Positions 1 through 9,968 of a stretch of 64,000 nucleotides of DNA are shown in pieces. The notes beneath the pieces were generated by a model, which was not told the origin of the DNA, searched no databases, and saw nothing but the letters and a program-made list of their open reading frames with translations. The first letter of the stretch is position 1; each line of letters begins with the position of its first letter. Source of the DNA: an uncultured Gemmatimonadales bacterium (GTDB lineage: Bacteria > Gemmatimonadota > Gemmatimonadetes > Gemmatimonadales > GWC2-71-9); the NCBI GenBank assembly GCA_963730185.1, contig CAVSQW010000004.1, positions 64,001 to 128,000 of the forward strand, written 5' to 3'. Both the position numbers and the translations under genes were made by a program.

Positions 1-260
1 GGGCTCCCGTGGAGCAGGATGATCGGAGTCCGGTCGTCGGCGCTGTCGGCGCTGTCGGGCCGAACGTCGAGGAAGGCGAGCCGGACCGTGCCCGCCACCA
101 CCTTCGCCCCCCGCACCGCGCCGACCGGCACGACCCGTTCGGTCGGGCGGGGTGTCGGGACGAACGGGTGGGCCGAGCGCCACAGGTGTGACAGCGCGAC
201 CAGGACGGCCCAGACTCCCACGACCCATCGGAGCCAATGGCGCCGGGGCCGGCCGGTCAT
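1..260 (-). CDS. Alpha/beta-fold hydrolase with N-terminal membrane anchor (partial, runs off window start)
   Basis: Not in the ORF track. Hand translation from ATG 260 gives MTGRPRRHWLRWVVGVWAVLVALSHLW...VRLAFLDV...RTPIILLHGSP, with the LLHG oxyanion motif. The start overlaps the NRDE stop (TGATG). Confidence 0.7.
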   Translation of the reverse strand, partial: MTGRPRRHWLRWVVGVWAVLVALSHLWRSAHPFVPTPRPTERVVPVGAVRGAKVVAGTVRLAFLDVRPDSADSADDRTPIILLHGS

Positions 261-994
261 CAAGCGGGCTCGCCCCGGCGGGGAAGGGAGAGCGTGGTCA
301 CCGGGCCGCCCTCGCAGGGGGCGCCGTCCACGTGGGCGAGCTGGACCTGGTGGGTCTCGACCGTGACGACCGTGTATCCCCGGGTTGCCGCCTCGGGCCG
401 GTGCATGCACACCGAGAAGGGCCCCCGCTCGGGGTCGTGGCTCCGGTGGAACCGATCGAGCCGATCGCGGGTGACCGGGCCGTCGCCCAGCATCGCCCGC
501 CAGGCCGCGCTCCGCGCCCGCTCGGCCTCGGCCTGATCGCGGCCCGAGCTGGTCCGGATCATCCCGGGCGTCTCCACCAGCGCGCGGAGCAGCAGGGCGC
601 CGGTCCAGTCGGTGAGCAGGACTTCGCGGCCGGGGTCGACGGCGGCCAGGGTGAACGGCTGATACCGACCCAGCGTGGCTGGCGCCAGCCGGTCGATGGC
701 GCGGCCGGCCGTTCGGGCATCGAGCAGCGAGCGAACCAGGAGGCCGCGGCTCACCCGGTTGGGTTCTGGATCGGGCGGCGACTCGGCGTACCGGTTGAGG
801 AGCGCGATGGTGACCCCGTACTCGTTGACCCCGATCCAGGTACCGCCGAAGTCGCCGTCGGTGGGGGCGAGATAGGCTACACCCTCGCGCTCGCCCCGCG
901 TCGGCGGCAGGGCAGGGGCCCGGGTCAGACGCTCGTCGCGGTTGAAGTAGAGGGCGTAGCCGTCGGGCTCACCGAGCCAGCTCAGAGTACACAC
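260..994 (-). CDS. NRDE / TANGO2 family protein (Ntn-hydrolase-like, N-terminal Cys)
   Basis: GTG start gives MCTLSW...YFNRDE, GGTWIGVNEYG, SRGLLV, YQPFTL. The start overlaps the DinB stop (TAGTG). Confidence 0.9.
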   Translation of the reverse strand: MCTLSWLGEPDGYALYFNRDERLTRAPALPPTRGEREGVAYLAPTDGDFGGTWIGVNEYGVTIALLNRYAESPPDPEPNRVSRGLLVRSLLDARTAGRAIDRLAPATLGRYQPFTLAAVDPGREVLLTDWTGALLLRALVETPGMIRTSSGRDQAEAERARSAAWRAMLGDGPVTRDRLDRFHRSHDPERGPFSVCMHRPEAATRGYTVVTVETHQVQLAHVDGAPCEGGPVTTLSLPRRGEPA

Positions 995-1509
995 TACCGC
1001 TCGGCCCGAGCGTGCGCCTGGGTCGAAGGGGCCACGCCGAAGTCGGGGCCGAGGGTCACCGGCTCGTCGGCCAGGAGGAGCTTGATCAGGGCGAAGTGAT
1101 GCACGGTATGACTCACCAGAAACTGGATCTCGCGGGCCACCGTGGACCGCGACCACTCGGGCTCGGGCGCGTCGACGGCGGTCCGGAGCTGGACGGCCAC
1201 CGGCCGATCGGGCTCGATGCCTTGGAGCGAGGCCAGGCCGTCGAGGGCCTCGCGGGTGGCTTGGGCGGCGCGAGTCGGGTCCTGCTCGAGCCGGGCGTCG
1301 CGCCGCCGGGCATCGTAGTCTATCGCCCCGGTGGCCACCCCGGCCAGGAAACACTGATAGTGCTCCACCACGTGCCGGTACTGCGCCCCGACCGGCGCCC
1401 AGCCGCCCCGGTGGGCCGCGTACCGCTCCGGAGACAGCGCGACCAGCAGGGCGAGGGCCTGTTCCAGGAGCAGGCGATTGGCGTCGAGGCCGGTTTCCAG
1501 CGGGTTCAT
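994..1509 (-). CDS. DinB family protein
   Basis: VGAQYRHVVEHY, IDYDARRRD, STVAREIQFLVSHTVHHFALI, FGVAPST. ATGA overlap with the upstream gene. Confidence 0.85.
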   Translation of the reverse strand: MNPLETGLDANRLLLEQALALLVALSPERYAAHRGGWAPVGAQYRHVVEHYQCFLAGVATGAIDYDARRRDARLEQDPTRAAQATREALDGLASLQGIEPDRPVAVQLRTAVDAPEPEWSRSTVAREIQFLVSHTVHHFALIKLLLADEPVTLGPDFGVAPSTQAHARAER

Positions 1510-2363
1510 GCGCTCTCCACGGTTCCGGCCCGGGCCGACTCGAGGCGGCGGGCCATCAGCGATCGGGCCCGCGCCGCCAACGCGCTCCGGTCGTCGGCGA
1601 CGAGGCCCTCGGGCTCGAAGGTGACGGTAGCATGGAACCCGGGCAACTGACAGAGCCCGAGCACGTGGGGCACGAACGCCATGTCGCCCCACCAGCACAC
1701 CGCGTCCCGCGCCGGCGGCGAGCCGGCGGGGGTCTGATAGCGGATCGTGGCCACGCGGACCGGCGATCCGGAGCGGACGGCCCACTCGAAGAGCGCCGGC
1801 CGCAATTGAGAAACGTCGTCACCGTGGGAGCTGGTTCCCTCGGGGAACACCACCACGCCGAGCCCCCGGGCGACGCCCTGGTCGATCGCGTCGAGGACCC
1901 GGATGGCGTCGCGCGGGCTCGACCGGTCCAGGAATATGGTGCCCACCAGCCGGGTCAGATACCCGACGATCGGCCACTGGTTGAGCTCCCGCTTGGCCAC
2001 GAAGACCACGTCGACCTGGCTCATCAGAAGCACGATGTCCACGTAGCTCAAGTGGTTCGCCACCAGGAAGAAGGGCGGTTCCGGCACCGGCCCTTCGATC
2101 GTGACCCGCATGCCGACGGAGCGGCTCATGCCCCGGGCCCAGAGCCGTGCCATCCGGGCCAGCCACCGCTGCCGGGCCCGGGCCCAGGGCGTCAGGATGC
2201 CGATCCCGACCAGCGCGACGGTGAGGCACCCGGTGGTCCACCAGCTCATCAGCAGGAGCCGCCAGAACGGCCGGACCGAGCCGGCGCGGATGAGTCCCGC
2301 CAGCTCGGCCGGGAGGCTCTGGCCGAGCACCTCACGGCGGATCTCCGAAGGGGCGTCGCTCAC
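1506..2363 (-). CDS. Lysophospholipid / lyso-ornithine-lipid acyltransferase (PlsC/OlsA-like)
   Basis: NHLSYVD (HX4D), FVAK, FLDR, FPEGT, WWGDM. GTGA overlap with the GNAT stop. Confidence 0.88.
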   Translation of the reverse strand: MSDAPSEIRREVLGQSLPAELAGLIRAGSVRPFWRLLLMSWWTTGCLTVALVGIGILTPWARARQRWLARMARLWARGMSRSVGMRVTIEGPVPEPPFFLVANHLSYVDIVLLMSQVDVVFVAKRELNQWPIVGYLTRLVGTIFLDRSSPRDAIRVLDAIDQGVARGLGVVVFPEGTSSHGDDVSQLRPALFEWAVRSGSPVRVATIRYQTPAGSPPARDAVCWWGDMAFVPHVLGLCQLPGFHATVTFEPEGLVADDRSALAARARSLMARRLESARAGTVESA

Positions 2364-3184
2364 CGGAAGAAGGTGCGGAAGGTCGCCGGGTCGATGGTCC
2401 TCACGTCGAGCATCACCAGCCAGTCGATGGTCTTGAACAGGGGATCGATTGCCGGCGGGCCGGCCACCTTCGCTCCGAGCGCCAGATAGGTCTGGAACAG
2501 CGCCGGGACGTGCGGCTCGGGCAGCGGGGCGTCCGGATCGGCCACCGCGCACCGTCCGGCCGGGCGGGGCTGCACCCCGAACCGCTCGTCCACCGCGCCG
2601 ATCCGCTCCAGGTGGCGGTGGACCGAGACGCCGACCGCCGGATCCATGCTGTTGACCGAACAGCAGCCGAAAAGATAGTGCTTCCGGTTCCAGGTCAGGT
2701 AGGAGGCCAATCCCCGCCAGAGGAGGTGCAGCACCCGGCCGTTCCGATGGGCCTTGGCCACGCAGGCCCGCCCGATTTCGACGGCACCCCCTTCGACGTC
2801 GGCGGGGAGGCCGCTCAGATCGAACTCGCCGTCCGAGTAGTAGCCGCCGCCTTCGCGGGCCATCTCGGCGGTCTGCATCCGGTAGGTCCCCACCACCTCG
2901 GTGCCGGAGCGGTCGAGGATCATCAGGTGGTGGAAGCGCTGATCGAGGTCGTCCTCGTCACGGCCGTTCTGATGCGAGCTGTCGAGGCCTTCGCCCAGCT
3001 CCAGGTTGAAGACCTCGTAGCGGAGCCGGAGGAGCCGGTCGAGGTCGGCCGCGGTGCGGGCGAACCGGACCAAGTAGTTGCCGGCCTCGAGGTGGAGATC
3101 CGGCAGGGCGTCGGGCGCGATCGGGTACTCGGCCGTGGCGGGCTCGAGACTCCGGATCGAACGGCGACGGATGGGCTCGATCAT
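2360..3184 (-). CDS. GNAT N-acyltransferase, OlsB / putative hemolysin family
   Basis: RLRYEVFNLELGEG, DEDDLD..FHHL, VVGTYR, YYSDGEFDL, EIGRACV, YLFGCCS, PALFQTYLALGAKV, DPLFKTID. Confidence 0.88.
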   Translation of the reverse strand: MIEPIRRRSIRSLEPATAEYPIAPDALPDLHLEAGNYLVRFARTAADLDRLLRLRYEVFNLELGEGLDSSHQNGRDEDDLDQRFHHLMILDRSGTEVVGTYRMQTAEMAREGGGYYSDGEFDLSGLPADVEGGAVEIGRACVAKAHRNGRVLHLLWRGLASYLTWNRKHYLFGCCSVNSMDPAVGVSVHRHLERIGAVDERFGVQPRPAGRCAVADPDAPLPEPHVPALFQTYLALGAKVAGPPAIDPLFKTIDWLVMLDVRTIDPATFRTFFR

Positions 3185-4962
3185 GCGGCACTCCGGAGCG
3201 AAGAAGGATCGGCTTCGAGGAGCCAGAGGTCGCCGAGGCGGGCGACCCGGCCGGTGACGGCGACCGGCCGTCCCACCCAACGCGCGAGGCCCGCGATCGG
3301 TTGCCCGCGGCGATCGACCAGGAGCAACTCCAGCCGGTGGCCCTGCTCGTCCCGCACCACCAGCATCGGAGGTAGGCCGCCCGCCACGCAACGCGCGGCG
3401 CACTCCCGGTGGGTCTTGCCCTCCCCCGGGTTCATTACCCCCAAGTAGCACTTGCCGTCCACGATCTCCCCTACGAGATCGAAGGTACCGAGGTTCTGGG
3501 GCGCGGCGGCGGGCGCGGCCGGCTCGGGACGGGGCGCCGTGCCGCTCACCTCGAGCAGGGTCAGCCCGTCGCGATAGGCCAGGGTACCCCGGAGCACCGC
3601 GCGGCGGCCGTCGAGCGGCCCGGCGATCGCCTGGGCGCCGTGCTTGCCGGCCGCCGCCAGCAGATAGCGGCTGACCCGTTCGCTGCCGGGCCGCTGAACT
3701 TCGAGGAGCGGGTAGGGGGCGGTTCGAACCGTGCCGATCAGCTCCGTCGGGTGGCCGTACTCGAACGTTGCCGGCGCGAAGCGATCCTGCGCAAGAGCCA
3801 AGACGCCCACGATGGCTCCGACCAGTACCAGAGCGGCCACGACCAGGTGCCGGGTGAATCGGGCCAGCCCGGTGGGGGCGGTGGGCACGTAGCCGACGTA
3901 GAACTCGTCCCGGCCCGCGGGCGCGGACGGGGACGAGGGGGCGGCCACCGGCTCGACCCGGGTTCCGGGGGCGTTGGGGATCCGATGCACCAGCACCCGA
4001 TCGCCGGCCAGGCGGAGGTTGAAGGTGGGAATCCGGTCGTCGAACGGCGGCGGCGCGGTGCCGCTGTCGGGGCGATACTGGTAGCCGTGCCAGGGACAGG
4101 TGATGCAGCCATCGACGATCCGGCCTTCGCCCAGGGGGCCGTTCTGGTGCCGGCAGACGTTGGAGACCGCCGAGAGCCGGCCCTCGTGCCGGAACACCGC
4201 GACCCGCTCGCCGCCCACCACGCCGACGATGGCGCGGCCCTCGGGGATCGAGGCGGCCGAGCCCACGTCCTCCCAATCCTGGTCCGGCGCCCCCTCGCGA
4301 TCGCGGGCCCGCTCCCGGAGGGCCGCGGCCAGGTGCAACCCCCCGATCGCGACCGCGCCCAGGGCGAAGGGCGCGGCGTACCACAGGCTCCGCTCATCCT
4401 GAAGCACGCCCAGCCCCACGTGGCCGAGGAGCAGCAGGTAGGCTGGGTACACGAGGAGGTGGAGCCGCTTCCAGGCCGGCGGGGTGAGGACCGAGAGCCA
4501 GTAGTCGTGGCTGGTGGCGGCCATCAGGACCAGGATCACCAGCGCGCCGAGGCCCAGCAGCTCGAACGGAAAGCCGCTCACGCTGGTCCAGCTCCGATTC
4601 GAGATCAGCACGCTCACGAGAGGGTTCACGTTGCCGAAGGCGTGGAACTGAACCAGCGCGAACCCGGCATGCGCCAATGCCAGGAGCGCCATGGCGATGC
4701 CCAGGTGGCGGCGGTTGTAGAGCAGGGGCAGAAAGCGCCGGTCCAGGCGAGCCAGCGGGCCGATGGCGAGGATCAGGTGGAGCAAGACGATCCCCGCGAG
4801 GCCGAGCCCCCGGATCAGGATCGTCTCGGCGGTGGCGTCGGGGTGGGTGAGCGCCGTGAGGCCCCCGAACCACGCCACCAGGCCGACCGCCGTGACCCCG
4901 AGAACCGCGTCGTAGATCCGCTTCTGACGGTTCCAGTTGACGGCCCGGTAGGCGACGCTCAT
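3181..4962 (-). CDS. Ferric-reductase-like transmembrane domain + Rieske [2Fe-2S] + C-terminal Cys/His-motif domain fusion
   Basis: NRRHLG...LAH and WKRLH...LGH heme-b His pairs; CRH...CPWH Rieske motif; then DEFYVGY, a TM helix and KCYLGVMNPGEGKTHRECAARC. Confidence 0.85.
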   Translation of the reverse strand: MSVAYRAVNWNRQKRIYDAVLGVTAVGLVAWFGGLTALTHPDATAETILIRGLGLAGIVLLHLILAIGPLARLDRRFLPLLYNRRHLGIAMALLALAHAGFALVQFHAFGNVNPLVSVLISNRSWTSVSGFPFELLGLGALVILVLMAATSHDYWLSVLTPPAWKRLHLLVYPAYLLLLGHVGLGVLQDERSLWYAAPFALGAVAIGGLHLAAALRERARDREGAPDQDWEDVGSAASIPEGRAIVGVVGGERVAVFRHEGRLSAVSNVCRHQNGPLGEGRIVDGCITCPWHGYQYRPDSGTAPPPFDDRIPTFNLRLAGDRVLVHRIPNAPGTRVEPVAAPSSPSAPAGRDEFYVGYVPTAPTGLARFTRHLVVAALVLVGAIVGVLALAQDRFAPATFEYGHPTELIGTVRTAPYPLLEVQRPGSERVSRYLLAAAGKHGAQAIAGPLDGRRAVLRGTLAYRDGLTLLEVSGTAPRPEPAAPAAAPQNLGTFDLVGEIVDGKCYLGVMNPGEGKTHRECAARCVAGGLPPMLVVRDEQGHRLELLLVDRRGQPIAGLARWVGRPVAVTGRVARLGDLWLLEADPSSLRSAA

Positions 4963-5426
4963 CGGGGCCCTCCCCTCGGGCGGAGCGGGGTGACGGCTTC
5001 GACCCGACCTGGCCCGTTGCTCCAGAGTATGGCCGTCAGCCTCCCACTCGGGAGCCGAAGCCGCTCGGAGACGGCGCGAGGCGCGCCGACCGCGCCGACC
5101 AGGATGGCGTCCGCGGGAAGCCCGCCGGTGCTCGATACGCCCGGGGCCAGGTAGAGCAGGGGGTCGGCCGCCCGGATCGGAAACCGCGGTCGGGTGGTCA
5201 CCACCGTCTCCCCGGTGGCTGGGTTGCCGGCGAGCGACACGATGAGCGGGAAGGTCGAGTCGGCCACCAGGTCGTCGGTCGCAGGGTCCGAGGTGCCGGG
5301 AAGGACGGCGACCACGAGCCGCGACGGATCGGGTCGGGCGGCGAGCGCCCCGAGCACGATGGTCGGCCCGACCGTGACCAACGCCACCGACCAGGCCAGG
5401 TGCCGTCGTCGGAGCCTTCGGATCAT
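4959..5426 (-). CDS. Hypothetical membrane-anchored protein
   Basis: MIRRLRRRHLAWSVALV plus a hydrophobic helix, ADPLLYL. ATGA overlaps at both ends. Confidence 0.7.
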   Translation of the reverse strand: MIRRLRRRHLAWSVALVTVGPTIVLGALAARPDPSRLVVAVLPGTSDPATDDLVADSTFPLIVSLAGNPATGETVVTTRPRFPIRAADPLLYLAPGVSSTGGLPADAILVGAVGAPRAVSERLRLPSGRLTAILWSNGPGRVEAVTPLRPRGGPR

Positions 5427-5695
5427 CCGGGCGGCCTGGCTCGGGCGGCGTCGCGATGGGCGTCGTGCGGCTCGGGCGGGGCTGGGCCTCCGCGGGACAC
5501 CCGCCACACGATCGCCGGCCAGAGCAGCGCGGCGCCGGGCACGATCAGGAGTCGAAAGCCCCAGGTCCCGTGGCCGGCCGCGGGATCGAGCCGACCGGCC
5601 CCACGGAACGCCAGCCACGCCGCGCACCCGGCGCCCACCGCCAGGTAAGCCGCGGTGAGGAGGACGATGGTGGAGGCGGTCTGGATCGCGGTCAT
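5423..5695 (-). CDS. Small hypothetical membrane protein (2 TM)
   Basis: YLAVGAGCAAWLAFRGAGRLDPAA..TWGFRLLIVPGAALLWP. First gene of the coupled operon. Confidence 0.72.
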   Translation of the reverse strand: MTAIQTASTIVLLTAAYLAVGAGCAAWLAFRGAGRLDPAAGHGTWGFRLLIVPGAALLWPAIVWRVSRGGPAPPEPHDAHRDAARARPPG

Positions 5696-5890
5696 GTGAG
5701 AGTCCCAATCTCTGGTTCGGCGGGGGCTTTGGCCAGACCGGACATCCAAGGAACGCCGTCGGCGGGTGTTCGGTTCCGAGGCGGGCCGCCGCGGGTGGGC
5801 GCTCCCGCCATCCGGGGGATCGGGCCGCTCGCGGGTCGATCTCGGCGGGCGGCGAGGCCGACTAGTATTCGGGTGGAGGAAGGGCATCAG

Positions 5891-8592
<2,702 letters not shown>

Positions 8593-8596
<4 letters not shown>

Positions 8597-9456
8597 CCTT
8601 ACCCAGCGAGACCGGCATTCCCGTTGCGTCCACCTTCATCGATCGCCCGGCCCCTCGGCTGCTCGCGGGCCAGAACGTCCTGGTGACCGGCGCCAGCTCG
8701 GGCATCGGCAAAGCCGTCGCCTTCGCCATGGCCTCCGCCGGCGCCGACGTCTGCGTCAACTATCCGGTCGAGACCGAGATGGCCAAGGCCGAAGGCGAGG
8801 TCGAGGAGATCAAACAACTGGGTGGCCGGGCCTGGGCCCACCAGTGCGACGTCTCGAAGGAGGACGAGGTGATCGCGATGTTCGACCGGATTCGTCGCGA
8901 GATGGGCACGGTCGACATCGTGGTGGCCAACGCCGGGATCCAGCGCGACGCGCCGTTCCATGAGATGACCCTCGACCAGTGGAACCGCGTGCTCGCGGTG
9001 AACCTGACGGGCCAGTTCCTGTGCATCCGCGAGGCGGTCAAGGAGTTCCGCCGGCGCGGCTTCCGGGACGTGTCACGCGCGCTGGGGAAGGTGATCTGCA
9101 TGAGTTCGGTCCACGAGGTGATTCCCTGGGCCGGGCACGTGAACTACGCCGCGTCGAAGGGTGGGGTGATGCTGATGATGAAGAGCATCGCCCAGGAGGT
9201 CGCGCCCCAGAAGATCCGGGTCCTCGCGGTGGCCCCCGGCGCCATCCGGACCCCGATCAACAAGGACGCCTGGGATACCCCCGAGGCCCTGAACAAGCTG
9301 CTCACCCTGATCCCGGCCAAGCGGATCGGCGAGACCGAGGACATCGCCCGGACCTGCGTCTGGCTGGCCTCGGACGAAGCCGACTACATCACCGGGACGA
9401 CGCTCTTCGTCGACGGCGGGATGACCCTCTACCCGGGCTTCGAAGCCGGGGGATGA
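8593..9456 (+). CDS. SDR, glucose 1-dehydrogenase-like
   Basis: TGASSGIG, ANAGIQ, SSVHEVIPW, YAASK, PGAIRTPIN, DGGMTLYPGF. ATGA overlap with GH63. Confidence 0.9.
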
Positions 9457-9459
9457 ATC

Positions 9460-9592
9460 TAGGGAGTGGTGAGTAGGGAGGAGGGAATAGGGAGTGAGTG
9501 GGGAGTGGGGAGTGGGGGCGCCTGGCTCGTGACTGGGCACTCCTCCCTACTCACCCACTCCCTACGCACGACCCACGACTCCCTACTCCCAA
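9460..9592. repeat. Degenerate heptamer (TAGGGAG-like) inverted-repeat element, copy A
   Basis: G-rich arm tagggag tggtgag tagggag gagggaa tagggag tgag tggggag tggggag, short core, then C-rich arm ctccctactcacccactcccta...ctccctactccc. Confidence 0.8.
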
Positions 9593-9612
9593 TCTGAAAC
9601 CGCCCGGCGATC

Positions 9613-9630
9613 CGAATCGTACATAATTCG
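9613..9630 (+). promoter_or_regulatory. Candidate PadR auto-operator overlapping a -10 element
   Basis: CGAAT-N8-ATTCG inverted repeat overlapping CATAAT (9622-9627), which lies 8 nt upstream of ATG 9636. Confidence 0.4.
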
Positions 9631-9635
9631 ACATT

Positions 9636-9968
9636 ATGCGCGATCGCCCCTCGCTCCCGCCCCTCTCACACCTCCAGGCGCTGGCCTTGGGCCTGCTCCG
9701 ATCGGGCGACCGACCAGGCCGGTTGGTGCGAGAGGCGATGGCCGGCTACGGCGTTCGCCATTCCGCGGCCGCGTTCTACCAGATGATGGCCCGCCTCGAG
9801 CGCGACGGGTTCGTCACCGGGCGCTACGAGGCGGTCTGGGCCGGCGACCAGGAGGTGACCGAGCGGTGGTACCTGCTGACCGCCGCCGGTGAGCGGGCGT
9901 GGCAGCGCACCCAGGCCTTCTACGAAGCCATCGGCCGGGCAGCCGACGAGGGCTATTCACCTGCCTGA
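9636..9968 (+). CDS. PadR-like winged-helix regulator
   Basis: AAFYQMMARLERDGFV...RWYLLTAAG. Directly precedes an ADOP permease. Confidence 0.8.
   Translation: MRDRPSLPPLSHLQALALGLLRSGDRPGRLVREAMAGYGVRHSAAAFYQMMARLERDGFVTGRYEAVWAGDQEVTERWYLLTAAGERAWQRTQAFYEAIGRAADEGYSPA

Noticed and set aside
35..56. Short tandem repeat gtcggcgct
   Set aside because: Only encodes DSADSAD in a linker of the partial hydrolase.
3185..4384. Long N-terminal extension on the OlsB-like GNAT
   Set aside because: Off-frame overlap with the Rieske fusion gene. The ATGA-coupled start at 3184 is better.
9460..9592. Possible CRISPR array, tRNA or riboswitch in the heptamer tracts
   Set aside because: No constant repeat with unique spacers, no cas genes, and no cloverleaf or recognisable aptamer.
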